Source of the DNA: Candidatus Multivoradales bacterium
GTDB lineage: Bacteria; Acidobacteriota; Thermoanaerobaculia; Multivoradales; J023
NCBI GenBank assembly: GCA_965248925.1
Contig: CBDFLE010000006.1
Span: 1,984,001 to 2,048,000, forward strand
Reading direction: 5' to 3'
Length of the DNA stretch: 64,000 bases
Below, piece after piece: positions 36,287 through 46,247 of this stretch. How positions within the stretch are numbered: the first letter of the stretch is position 1; each line of letters opens with the position of its first letter. A program made the translations under genes and the position numbers. The notes below the pieces were generated by a model. That model did no database searches and had not been told where the DNA came from. It saw only the letters and a program-made list of their open reading frames with translations.

Positions 36287-38995
36287 TCACCAGCGCCGCA
36301 ACAGCCGGGCACCATAGCCCAAGAGCGCCAGCGCTAGCAGCAGCAAGCCGAGACGGTTAAGCACCGGAATCGCCAGCGGCCCGCCACTGCGGATCACCGC
36401 CCCAGCGTCATTGTTGCCGGCCACCGGGTCGATCTCCGCAGCGCTCGCCGTGGCACGGTTGACAACAAACTCCGGCGCCCCCGGAGCCAGTACGAAGTCC
36501 AACGCGCAGGCGGCGAAACCACCGGCCGGCAAACTACCGACACTCCACACCCAATTCGAACCTGTCGGCGCTCCCACCCCGCAACTGTCGGCGACGAAAG
36601 TCAGGCCAGTCGGAATCTGGTCCGTCACTAGAACGGCGGTGGCCGGATCCGGGCCGGCATTAGAGACCTGTAATAGGCAACTGACCGCCGGATCGACGAC
36701 CGTGCATTCCTTGCTGAGGGCCAGGTCTGCTCCTCCCACCGGAGGGGGCGGATCATCGGGCAGACATATCTCGCAGCTGCCCAAGAGAGGCGGATCGGTG
36801 ATCAGCTGCCAATCCACCAACACCCCGGTATCGAGTTCAGCATTGTCGTTGACCCGCAGGCGCCACGTGCCGGCGGTATTTTCGCCAGCGAGTGCCGCCA
36901 AGGAGCCCAACGGCGCCGCGCTGCCGGCAAACCACGGGGTGGCACCACTACAGAAGTTTTCCAGCTCCATGCCTGAAGCGTCGTCGAAAGTGATGTTGAG
37001 ATTGTTGTCACCGCAGCCGAAACCGCCCGCATCGCCGACCCCTGGCCGATCGAGCAGGGCGACCACCGTTCCCGCGGGACTCACCAGCTCGATGATTAGG
37101 TCACCGACGTAGGTGTGGTCCACTTGCACCCGCAAATCAACATCGCCCAGCAATTGCGCGGTCGTCACTTGCAGCTCACTGACCGCCGGCATCGCTGGGC
37201 CGCCGGCATCCGGGATCGCCAGTGGCAAGTCGTTGGCCTCGAACAGCTGCCCGACGGCGTTCGAGAAGGAGAGATCGAAAGGACCGCCCTCAGCAGCAGT
37301 AACGGTCAAGGTGAAATCGATGGAAGTGAAACAGGAAACCGTCTCGGCGAGGCGAAGGGTGAAATGGGGGGCAGCGCTGATCCCGGTGCCACCGCTTACA
37401 AGATCGGACCAGGTGGCGCTGCCATCGACAATCTCGACCCCCGGCGTGGCCGTCGACAGGGTGCCCTGGACGCCGCTGAAAGTCCCGCTAGCAGCGAGAG
37501 TCACCGCCACCACCACCTCTTCCCCCGGCTCCCAGACGCCATCGGCGGCACTGGCATCGGAGGCACAACTGTCGCTGCCACTATGCGCGAGGTAGGTCAA
37601 GGTCGGCAGAGGATCACTACCATCAACCATGGTGGCGCCGGTGCCAGCGGGATCCAAGTGATCGCGCAAGCGGCTAGCGGCTGAAGGGCCGTCCCAGGCG
37701 ACTTCGAAGCGGCCATAGCAATCGAATTGGTCGTTGCCACAAGCCGCCAAGCCTCCCGAGAGGGTGCCGATCAATTTGCCGTTGTCCGGATTCCACAGTC
37801 CGGAACCCGAGGAACCGGGCTCGGTGGTGCCCACATCCCAGTCGTTGACCCGCCAGTGAGTATCGGCGGTCGAGCCGCCAACGATGCAGTTGGTCTGCCG
37901 GGTCAGTGGATCGAACTCAAAGCTAATCGCCTTTTCGTCGAGGCTCGGATGGTGGATCCCCACCGCGCCCGCTGAGGGGATGTCGCCGCTGCGGTCCCAG
38001 CCGGTCCAGAAAACGCCAAAAGCCGCATCGGGCGCGCTCGACAACTCAACCAATGAAAAATCAGCGTCCTGGCGCGAAGCTAGAAAAGTAGCGCCGCTCT
38101 GATTGTCGGCCGCGCTGCCACCACCGAGAGCACCACAGGTCGGCGATTCGTCATTCCACATCACCACCATGCTGGCGGCGTTAGTGGCGTTGACCCCACA
38201 GTGAAAAGCGGTCAGGAAGAGATTGCGAAACGAGCCTGGTACGTCGGCGATCATCTGCCCACTGCAAGCGCCGACACCGTTCAACGTGTACCAACCAACA
38301 CTGCGAATCTGATTGCGCCAGGGATCGCCCTCGGCGCAGACGACATCGACATTGCAAGATCCTTGGCGCACCACCGAACCACCAACCTGGCTGCGGCCGC
38401 GGTCGAGAAGATCGCGGTAGCCAGTCGCCACCTGACTCAGCTCGAGGATCGGCTCGCTTTTGACAGTCGGCGGCAGATAAAGTTCTAGATGCGCTGATCC
38501 ACCCGGCACCAGCGGGGTCCAAAGCTGACCGTGCGAGTGGTTGTCGGAAGCATCGAAAGGGCCTTCATAGTAACCGCCGTCGGCACTCACCACATGCAAA
38601 GTAGCGCCGCTGGGCAACCAGAAACGACTGAATCCGAAGTTCAGATCCGTCGCACCAGCAGAGCTGAAGCGCAGACGCCAGAGCTGGCCACCATCGGCCA
38701 ACCGCTCCCAAGTGCCCTGTTTCTCGAGAGAGATACTCAGGGGCACCGGCAGGGCGAAACGCAGTGGCCCGACTTTCAGGTCACCAGCAAGTCGCGCATC
38801 CTCGGCCAACATCTTGGCCGGCTCCACCGCCGGCAGCAGCCACTGCCGCACTTCTTCGAGAGGCCGCACCTGGGCGGCACTGCTTTTGGGCGGCGCACCG
38901 CGGCGCGCCTGGAGCGGATCAGCGAAGTGGAAGCCGAGTGTCGCGGTCACGAGGACCGCTAACCCGGCGCGGGCGCGCAAGCTCTGGGCATTCAT
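36287..38995 (-). CDS. Paralogous serine protease with P-proprotein domain, DUF11-like domain and IPTL-CTERM-like anchor
   Basis: Same architecture: LTAFHC, GTTEPGSSGSG, DHTYVGDL, AIPVL + TM + RRW. Start uncertain. Confidence 0.88.
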   Translation of the reverse strand: MNAQSLRARAGLAVLVTATLGFHFADPLQARRGAPPKSSAAQVRPLEEVRQWLLPAVEPAKMLAEDARLAGDLKVGPLRFALPVPLSISLEKQGTWERLADGGQLWRLRFSSAGATDLNFGFSRFWLPSGATLHVVSADGGYYEGPFDASDNHSHGQLWTPLVPGGSAHLELYLPPTVKSEPILELSQVATGYRDLLDRGRSQVGGSVVRQGSCNVDVVCAEGDPWRNQIRSVGWYTLNGVGACSGQMIADVPGSFRNLFLTAFHCGVNATNAASMVVMWNDESPTCGALGGGSAADNQSGATFLASRQDADFSLVELSSAPDAAFGVFWTGWDRSGDIPSAGAVGIHHPSLDEKAISFEFDPLTRQTNCIVGGSTADTHWRVNDWDVGTTEPGSSGSGLWNPDNGKLIGTLSGGLAACGNDQFDCYGRFEVAWDGPSAASRLRDHLDPAGTGATMVDGSDPLPTLTYLAHSGSDSCASDASAADGVWEPGEEVVVAVTLAASGTFSGVQGTLSTATPGVEIVDGSATWSDLVSGGTGISAAPHFTLRLAETVSCFTSIDFTLTVTAAEGGPFDLSFSNAVGQLFEANDLPLAIPDAGGPAMPAVSELQVTTAQLLGDVDLRVQVDHTYVGDLIIELVSPAGTVVALLDRPGVGDAGGFGCGDNNLNITFDDASGMELENFCSGATPWFAGSAAPLGSLAALAGENTAGTWRLRVNDNAELDTGVLVDWQLITDPPLLGSCEICLPDDPPPPVGGADLALSKECTVVDPAVSCLLQVSNAGPDPATAVLVTDQIPTGLTFVADSCGVGAPTGSNWVWSVGSLPAGGFAACALDFVLAPGAPEFVVNRATASAAEIDPVAGNNDAGAVIRSGGPLAIPVLNRLGLLLLALALLGYGARLLRRW

Positions 38996-39375
38996 GGAAG
39001 GAAGTCTATGCGCACCTAACATGGAGAGCAAGACGAAAGACCTTGCTAATTCGCTAATTTGCAAAGCTCGACAAAGACAGGCATCTATATGCTATAATAA
39101 CATTCAAGCGGTGACCCCGAAGCCTTTCCACCGCCAAGATGCAGCGCAACGTCCTCAACCAGAAACTGCTGCTCACGATCACGAACGAGCTTCACAACAC
39201 CCCCTCATATCCCACCCCACAGCCGCTAAATCCAACAGCTGCCCGTGGCCCCGGTCGCGGGCAGCTGTTGCCCCCCGTGCTACGATTCGGCGATCGTTCC
39301 AGCGCGGTTCGCCAGGTCGTCAACAACCTCGACTCAAGGCGACCACGGCATCCCAAACCGGGCACCCAAGGATCC

Positions 39376-41628
39376 ATGTCAAGCCGACCACAGAGTTCTG
39401 CACCAGACCCTACAACACTGCGCCAGACAGCACTACGCCGCTGCGAAGGCTTAGCCAAGCTCACCGGTCAAGAGGTTTACGTCGACGATCTGCCCCTCGA
39501 CAATCCACTCTGGGCATTCACCGTCCGCAGTCCGGTGGCCCGCGGCCAGATCCGTGAGCTGCGCTTCGGCGCCGGAGTGGACTGGGACGAGGTGGTGGTG
39601 GTCGACCACCGGACGATCCCCGGCGACAACGTCATCGCCTTGATCGACGACGACCAACCGATCCTGGCGGTCGACCAGGTGCGCCATATTCACCAACCGA
39701 TCTTGCTGGTGGCACATCCTTCACGGGCGGTGGCTCGTCGCGCCGCCGCCGCGGTCGAAGTGGTCATCGATAGCGAACCGGCGGTCCTGGACTTTCGCCA
39801 ACCGCCAGGCCCCGAACAGCTGCAACACGGCGACGACAACATCTTCAAGCACATCGTGATCGACAAGGGCGACACCGCCACGGCCTTCGCCGCCGCCCCG
39901 ATCGTGGTCGAAGGCACCTACGAAACCGGCGCCCAGGAGCACGTCTACCTCGAAACCCAAGGCATGGCGGCGTGGCTCGATGGCGACGTGGTGGTGGTCC
40001 AGGGATCGATTCAATGTCCTTTCTACGTCGAGAAGGCACTGCGGCGAGGCCTCGGCCGGGGCCCTGAAGGAGTGCGGGTGATCCAGGCCGGCACTGGCGG
40101 CGGCTTCGGCGGCAAGGAAGAGTTCCCCTCGGGTCTTGCCCTGCACGCCGCTCTTTTGGCGCTAAAATCCCGCCGGCCGGTGAAGCTGATCTACGAACGC
40201 AGCGAAGATCTCGCGGCCAGTACCAAACGACATCCCTCGCGAGTGCGCTACCGCACTGCCGTCGACGCCGACGGGCGGTTGCTGGCGCAAGAGGTCGATA
40301 TCCTGCTCGACGCGGGCGCTTACGCCACTTTGTCGGCGGTGGTTCTAGGCCGCGCGGTGATCCACGCCGGCGGCCCCTACCACTGTGAAAACGTCCATGT
40401 CGAAGGCCGCGCGGTGCTGAGCAACGCGGTTCCCTACGGCGCTTTCCGTGGTTTCGGCGCCCCCCAGGCCCATTTCGCCACCGAACGCCACATGGACCGC
40501 ATCGCCGCCCGCCTGGGGCTCGATCCGGCCGAACTGCGGCGACGCAATCTGCTGCGCGAAGGCCAGTCCACCGCCACTAGCCAGCGGATCGCGGATGGCG
40601 CCGATCGTCAAGCGGTGCTCGATCGCGCCCTCGAGATGATCGGCTGGAGCGAACGCCGCGCCGCGCACCAGAAGTTCAACCACGACCAGCCATGGCGACG
40701 GCGCGGAGTCGGCTTGGCGATGTTCCATCATGGGGCCGGCTTCACCGGCGCTGGCGAAGTCTTTTTGGACTCGCGGGTCGAAGTCGCCAGCCGACCTGGC
40801 GGTATCGAGATCCGCACCGCCGCCACTGAAATGGGCCAAGGTACGACGACTATCTTCACCCAGTTAGCCACCGACCGCCTGGGGCTCGAGGCGCCAGAGA
40901 TCGAAGTCGCCCGACCCGATACCCACCAAGTACCCAACTCCGGCCCCACCGTCGCTTCGCGCACGGCGATGATCGTCGGCCGGCTAGTCGAGGAGGCTTG
41001 CGACGACTTGCGACGCTGCCTCGGGCTCGAGGCTGAGGATCGTGGCGCGGCGGTACGCCAAGCCCTTGCCGATCACTACCGCCGCCATCCGAATGACCAA
41101 CTGGTCGGCCACGCCCGCTATCGCCAACCGCCGCATATCGACTGGGACGACGATCTTTACCGCGGCGATGCATACGGCGTCTTTGCTTGGGCGGCCTACG
41201 CCGCCGAGGTCGAGATCGACCTGCGAACCTACACTGCCCGGGTGCTCGATTTCGTCGCCGTGCAAGACGTCGGCAAGGTGCTGCACGGGGTCTTGGCTCG
41301 GGGCCAGATCCAAGGCGGGGTAGTGCAGGGCATTGGCTGGGCGCTGCTGGAAGACTGCCGCTTTGAGAACGGTGCGATGACCAATGCGCAGATGACCAAC
41401 TACATCATCCCCACTGCTGAGGATGTTCCACCGATCCGGGTCGACTTCCTGGAATTCCCTTACGCCCACGGCGCCCAAGGCTGCAAGGGTATCGGCGAGT
41501 TACCGATGGATGGTCCCGCTCCGGCCATCGCCAACGCCATCGCCAACGCCATCGGCCGCCAACCGATGGCGATCCCGCTGACCCCGGAACGCCTGATGGA
41601 GCTGATCGAGCATGAGCCGACAAGCTGA
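39376..41628 (+). CDS. Xanthine dehydrogenase family molybdopterin-binding subunit
   Basis: QEHVYLE, GGGFGGKE, GAFRGFGAPQ, EMGQG, PNSGPTVASR, KGIGELP. Confidence 0.93.
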   Translation: MSSRPQSSAPDPTTLRQTALRRCEGLAKLTGQEVYVDDLPLDNPLWAFTVRSPVARGQIRELRFGAGVDWDEVVVVDHRTIPGDNVIALIDDDQPILAVDQVRHIHQPILLVAHPSRAVARRAAAAVEVVIDSEPAVLDFRQPPGPEQLQHGDDNIFKHIVIDKGDTATAFAAAPIVVEGTYETGAQEHVYLETQGMAAWLDGDVVVVQGSIQCPFYVEKALRRGLGRGPEGVRVIQAGTGGGFGGKEEFPSGLALHAALLALKSRRPVKLIYERSEDLAASTKRHPSRVRYRTAVDADGRLLAQEVDILLDAGAYATLSAVVLGRAVIHAGGPYHCENVHVEGRAVLSNAVPYGAFRGFGAPQAHFATERHMDRIAARLGLDPAELRRRNLLREGQSTATSQRIADGADRQAVLDRALEMIGWSERRAAHQKFNHDQPWRRRGVGLAMFHHGAGFTGAGEVFLDSRVEVASRPGGIEIRTAATEMGQGTTTIFTQLATDRLGLEAPEIEVARPDTHQVPNSGPTVASRTAMIVGRLVEEACDDLRRCLGLEAEDRGAAVRQALADHYRRHPNDQLVGHARYRQPPHIDWDDDLYRGDAYGVFAWAAYAAEVEIDLRTYTARVLDFVAVQDVGKVLHGVLARGQIQGGVVQGIGWALLEDCRFENGAMTNAQMTNYIIPTAEDVPPIRVDFLEFPYAHGAQGCKGIGELPMDGPAPAIANAIANAIGRQPMAIPLTPERLMELIEHEPTS

Positions 41629-42094
41629 AACCGAGCCCCCCCTAGAGATCGCTTTCATCTTGAACGGCGAGCCCTGCAAAGTACAGGTTCCGGCCACCGA
41701 GCGCCTGCTCGACACCCTGCGCTACCGCCTGGCATTGACCGGTACCAAAGAAGGTTGCGGCGAGGGGGAGTGCGGCGCCTGCACGGTCTTGCTGGACGGC
41801 CTGCCGGTGAACTCCTGCTTGGTGCCGACCTATCAGGTGCGGGGCTCACGGCTGCGCACCGTCGAAGCGGTGAGCGCCGCCGAAGTCGACCAGTTGTGGG
41901 CATCGGGCGCCACCCAATGTGGCGCTTGCACTCCGGGGGTAGTCATCACCGCCCGCTGGCTGATCGACCATCCGGCTCCTCTGGAGCACCATAGCGTGCG
42001 CCAGCTGATGGCCGGCAACCTGTGCCGCTGTACCGGCTACGACGGCATTATCGAAGGCGTGGAAGCGGCCCTCGAGCAGCCGAGGCGCGACTGA
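41612..42094 (+). CDS. Xanthine dehydrogenase family 2Fe-2S subunit
   Basis: GTKEGCGEGECGACT, QCGACTPG, GNLCRCTGY. Confidence 0.95.
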   Translation: MSRQAETEPPLEIAFILNGEPCKVQVPATERLLDTLRYRLALTGTKEGCGEGECGACTVLLDGLPVNSCLVPTYQVRGSRLRTVEAVSAAEVDQLWASGATQCGACTPGVVITARWLIDHPAPLEHHSVRQLMAGNLCRCTGYDGIIEGVEAALEQPRRD

Positions 42095-42909
42095 TGCCGG
42101 TGCTGATGCCTAGCGACCTGGCCACCGCCCTCGCCCTGTTGGCCGGCGACGGAGTGCTACCGATAGCAGGCGGCACCGACCTGATGGTGGATTGGCCCCA
42201 ACATTCTGCCGCCCACCAGCGCACCTACCTCGACCTCTCGGGGCTGCGTGAGCTACGCCCCTTGGAGTGGACCGAGGAGGCTCTGCTGCTGGGCGGCTTG
42301 ACCACCTACTGGGATGTCCTGCAAGAGCCCCGCGCCAGGCGCGAGCTGCCGCTACTGGTGGCCGCGGCGCAGCAAGTCGGTGCGGTGCAGATCCAGACCC
42401 GCGGCACCTGGGCCGGCAACATCATCAACGCTTCACCAGCCGCCGACGGCGTGCCGGTGTTGATGGTCTACGACGCCAGCGTAGAGCTGATCTCCAGCGA
42501 TGGCAGTGAGGAGATCCCCCTCGACCAGCTCTACTTGGGTTACAAGAAGCTGCGCCGCCGACCCGATCAGTTGATTCGGCGAATCCGCGTACCGCGCCGC
42601 CGGCACGATTTCGAACGCTTCGAAAAAGTCGGCTCTCGCCGCGCTCAGGCGATCACCAAAGTTGGCGTCGCCCTGGCCCACAGCGCGAGCCACGGCTGGC
42701 GAGTGGTCGTCAATAGCGTCGCCGCCACCGTCCGACGTTGTCGCGCCCTCGAAGCCCAGCTCGACCAGGGCGCCAACTTCGCCACACCGGCGGAGCTGCT
42801 GCCCCTGCTGGCCGAAGACATCGCCCCGATCGACGACATCCGCTCCACCGCCGAATACCGCCGCCAGGTACTCGCGCGGGTGATTTTCCAAGCCCTGCAA
42901 GACCGCTGA
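42094..42909 (+). CDS. Xanthine dehydrogenase family FAD-binding subunit
   Basis: IAGGTDL, QIQTRGTWAGNIINASPAAD, PIDDIRSTAEYR. TGATG coupling to the upstream gene. Confidence 0.92.
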   Translation: MPVLMPSDLATALALLAGDGVLPIAGGTDLMVDWPQHSAAHQRTYLDLSGLRELRPLEWTEEALLLGGLTTYWDVLQEPRARRELPLLVAAAQQVGAVQIQTRGTWAGNIINASPAADGVPVLMVYDASVELISSDGSEEIPLDQLYLGYKKLRRRPDQLIRRIRVPRRRHDFERFEKVGSRRAQAITKVGVALAHSASHGWRVVVNSVAATVRRCRALEAQLDQGANFATPAELLPLLAEDIAPIDDIRSTAEYRRQVLARVIFQALQDR

Positions 42910-42939
42910 TCTTGATCTGTTCCGGCCGCGGAGTTCACC

Positions 42940-44364
42940 ATGCAAACAACTCTCTCTGAAGACTTTCTCCTCGACATGCTCTGCCGCATGACTGCCGTGG
43001 ACAAGGATTTCGCGCAGCGCTTCCCCGGCGATGGCGGGGCCCGGCAGCCGGTGCATACGGTCTACGGCGGGGCCCATCTCTTTCGCCACGATACGGCGGC
43101 CAAGCTGGGCCATCTGGCACTGCGATCGCTGGATCAATTCGCCCCGGATCCGGTGACTTTCGCCTCGGCAATCGGTTGGAACGATGCCGATTCGCTGGCC
43201 GGATCGGCGACCGGGACAGCGGCTCTCGAAGCAGCGATGCAGAAGGATCCGGAGAGCCTGCGTAGAACCCGGCCGGGCGCTTGGCGGGCCTGGACTCTCT
43301 ACCGGCGGGTGCGCGGCAAACTGGAGCGAGAGGCGGTGGAAGACTTCCGCATCGACTTCGAGGATGGCTATGGCCATCGCGACGACGAGGACGAGGACGC
43401 CACCGCCGTCGAGGCTGCCCAGCAGACCGCCAAGGGACTGGCCGCCGGCACCCTGCCACCGTTTATCGGCATTCGCATCAAAGCGATGAGCCTGCTGCGG
43501 CGAGCGCTGCGCACCACCGACCTCTACCTCACGGCTCTGATCGGCGCGACCGGCGGTCAGCTACCGCAAAACTTCGTCTTCACCTTGCCGAAGATTGTCG
43601 ACCCGCGGCAGGTCGCGGCCTACGCCGAAACCCTTAGCAACCTCGAACAAGGCCTCGGCCTCGCCCCCGGAGCCCTGCGTATCGAGCTGATGGTGGAGAC
43701 CCCGCAGTCTCTGGTCGACGCCACCGGTCGCGCCGCCCTGCCGGCCCTGGTGGCGGCGGCAGGCGGGCGCTGCGTGGGAGCGCATTTCGGGGTCTATGAC
43801 TACACCGCCAATCTGGAGGTGACTGCCGAGCAGCAGCACATGGGGCACCCGTCGTGTGATCTGGCCCGGCAGCTGATGCGCTTGCAGCTGTCGGGCAGCG
43901 GCGTCGCCCTGTCGGATGGTGCCACCAACGTCATGCCAGTGGTGGCCCATCGCGGCAGCGACCTGAACTCGGCGCAGCAGCGCGAGAACCACCGTTCGGT
44001 GCATGCCGGCTGGCGGCGCCACTACGACGATGTGCGGCACTCGCTAGAAGGCTCGTTTTACCAAGGTTGGGACCTGCATCCGGCACAACTACCGACCCGC
44101 TACGCGGCACTCTACGCCTTTTTCCTCGACAGCCTCGACGCCGCCACCGCCCGGTTGAGCGGTTTCTTGGAGCAGGCCGCGCAAGCCACCTTGCTCGGTG
44201 ATGTCTTCGATGACGCCGCCACCGGCCAGGGACTGCTTAATTTTTTCCTCCGCGGCCTGGCCTGCGGCGCGCTGGAAGAGAAAGAGGTGCTCGCCGCCGG
44301 CCTCAGCCTGGATGAGCTGCGCGGACGGTCCTTCCTGAAGATCCTCGAAGGTCGGCGCCAGTAG
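42940..44364 (+). CDS. HpcH/CitE aldolase-lyase superfamily protein (DUF6986-like)
   Basis: RQPVHTVYGGA, EDFRIDFEDGYG, LMVETPQ, HFGVYDY, LSDGATN, YQGWDLHPAQL. Confidence 0.75.
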   Translation: MQTTLSEDFLLDMLCRMTAVDKDFAQRFPGDGGARQPVHTVYGGAHLFRHDTAAKLGHLALRSLDQFAPDPVTFASAIGWNDADSLAGSATGTAALEAAMQKDPESLRRTRPGAWRAWTLYRRVRGKLEREAVEDFRIDFEDGYGHRDDEDEDATAVEAAQQTAKGLAAGTLPPFIGIRIKAMSLLRRALRTTDLYLTALIGATGGQLPQNFVFTLPKIVDPRQVAAYAETLSNLEQGLGLAPGALRIELMVETPQSLVDATGRAALPALVAAAGGRCVGAHFGVYDYTANLEVTAEQQHMGHPSCDLARQLMRLQLSGSGVALSDGATNVMPVVAHRGSDLNSAQQRENHRSVHAGWRRHYDDVRHSLEGSFYQGWDLHPAQLPTRYAALYAFFLDSLDAATARLSGFLEQAAQATLLGDVFDDAATGQGLLNFFLRGLACGALEEKEVLAAGLSLDELRGRSFLKILEGRRQ

Positions 44365-44495
44365 TCCACCGCGACCGCGCTAATATAGGCGCATCGCGGA
44401 GAGATCTTTTCTCAGCGTTTTCATCCATAGGAAGCTGGGTTGCCGTCGCCTGTGAGGACTGACTCCCGGCGATCAAAACCTCAGAGGACTCACCT

Positions 44496-45158
44496 ATGTC
44501 GAATCGACTGCTTGCCGGAAGCTCTGCCGCCGCCTCGCTAATCTCAGCCTTGCTGCCAGTTCTGCTACTACCCGCCACGGCCCTCGCTGAGCGTGGCCGC
44601 CCGCTGGGCCAACAGCCTTGGCAGCTGACAACGGATCCCAGCACCGTGGTGCTCGAGCTGCGGCGTACCCCAACCCTCCTCGGCGAGACCGATCGCACGC
44701 AAACGGTGCAGGTCTTCGCTGATGGCCGGATTGAGATTCACCAGCCCGCCTACCTGCGGGCCGCGGGTGACTATCAAGGCACTTTGAACGCGGCTGAACT
44801 CGGCGACTTACTCGCCCAACTCGACCGCCAGGGGCTCTTCTCTCTCACCGAGCAGGCCCTGCGGCAAGAGCGTCGAGCAGCCGAAGTTGAGCGTCGCAGC
44901 GGCCAACAGACAATGTTCGAGATTCATGACGGCATGCAAACTTCGATCTCGGTAAAACTAGCCAGCTACAGCGCCGCCGACGGCAGCCTCGCTAGCAACC
45001 TGGAAACCCCCCTCGCCGTCACTAATCTTCAATTGGAAACCGACCTCTATCCCGGCGCCGTGCGACTGGCCGCCCTGGCCGCCGCCGAGCGCACTTTGCT
45101 GGCCTTGGCTGAGCGTGCCGACCTCACACCGCAAACCACCGCCGACGGGAGAAAGTGA
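44496..45158 (+). CDS. Secreted hypothetical protein
   Basis: Signal peptide; GTGA overlap with the downstream metalloprotease gene. Confidence 0.7.
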   Translation: MSNRLLAGSSAAASLISALLPVLLLPATALAERGRPLGQQPWQLTTDPSTVVLELRRTPTLLGETDRTQTVQVFADGRIEIHQPAYLRAAGDYQGTLNAAELGDLLAQLDRQGLFSLTEQALRQERRAAEVERRSGQQTMFEIHDGMQTSISVKLASYSAADGSLASNLETPLAVTNLQLETDLYPGAVRLAALAAAERTLLALAERADLTPQTTADGRK

Positions 45159-46225
45159 TCATGGCGCGACGCGACCTACTACTGCCGTTTGGATTCGCCT
45201 GCTGTCTGGCCCTCGCCCCATTGGCCGCTCCACCCGCCGCCGAGGCTGGCGCTTACATCTTCGCCGGCGCCACCAACGGCGTCAGCATCGTCACCCACCC
45301 GATTACCTACTTCGGCACCGGCGGGGTGATTCAAGTCGGCGTTTGCATCGACCCGGCGAGCCCAATAGCCGCCGACGCTGAGATCTCGGTGCGCAACATC
45401 ATCACCACTTTCAACGGCTTTCAGCCGCAGAACGGCAATGTCCTGCTAGGCGCCAACAACGACATTCCCGCCGGCAGAGTCGACTTCGAGTCGACCGCCC
45501 TGCACGAGCTGGGTCATTGCATCGGCCTGGCACACCCCAACACTGCCAGCGAATCCGGCCTCGGCGGCGCCGACTCTAACTACACCAAGACCACTCGCGG
45601 CGCCGACAACATCTACGATCTCGACGCTGGCGCCGATGCAGTGCGGGGATCGAGCGACGATCTGCGCGGCGACGACCTCAATCTGCATTGGTTCGAGATC
45701 GGCGTCAATAACCCGTTCACCCAACCGGCAACGGTCGCCGGGTCGACTTACAGCCGCGACCTGGCCAATCTACCGGCCGGCCACACCTTCGCCGCCAACG
45801 CTGACCGTGCCCTATCGACCCTGTTGGGCTTGCCGCTGACTGAGGCGGTGATGCAGCAGGGGGCTTTCAGTGACGAGGATCAACGGGCGCTGGCTTTCGA
45901 CGACGTCACCACTCTGCGCTTTGGCATGGCGGGAATCGACGAGATCGCCGGCAATGCCGACGACTACACTATCGAGCTTTTCTATGCCGGCATGACCACC
46001 GCTTGCGACGTGCTGATTCGCACCACTCAAACCGCCTTCGCCTCGTGCGCGACCGGCGCCACCACCCTCGATGGAAACCACATACGCATCACCAGCGCCA
46101 CCATCACCTTGGGCGGCACCAACGTCAATTGGCACTTCAACGACATGTTGGCGGTCCTCGATGCGATCTTCGCCGATGGCTTCGAAGCTGGCGATTTTGA
46201 CAGTTGGACGAGCGTCAATCCTTAG
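45155..46225 (+). CDS. Secreted zincin (matrixin-like) metalloprotease with C-terminal IFADGFE tail
   Basis: HELGHCIGLAH, Met-turn-like AVMQ, ends IFADGFEAGDFDSWTSVNP. Confidence 0.85.
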   Translation: MIMARRDLLLPFGFACCLALAPLAAPPAAEAGAYIFAGATNGVSIVTHPITYFGTGGVIQVGVCIDPASPIAADAEISVRNIITTFNGFQPQNGNVLLGANNDIPAGRVDFESTALHELGHCIGLAHPNTASESGLGGADSNYTKTTRGADNIYDLDAGADAVRGSSDDLRGDDLNLHWFEIGVNNPFTQPATVAGSTYSRDLANLPAGHTFAANADRALSTLLGLPLTEAVMQQGAFSDEDQRALAFDDVTTLRFGMAGIDEIAGNADDYTIELFYAGMTTACDVLIRTTQTAFASCATGATTLDGNHIRITSATITLGGTNVNWHFNDMLAVLDAIFADGFEAGDFDSWTSVNP

Positions 46226-46247
46226 ACTAACGAGGGGCCAAGCGCGA

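Noticed and set aside
41524-41553. GCCATCGCCAAC repeat in the xdh Mo subunit as a VNTR
   Set aside because: It corresponds to the conserved PAIANAI..A.G motif of the family.
39376-42909. Aerobic CO dehydrogenase (coxLSM)
   Set aside because: The active-site loop reads AFRGFG rather than AYxCSFR, and the genomic context is purine catabolism.
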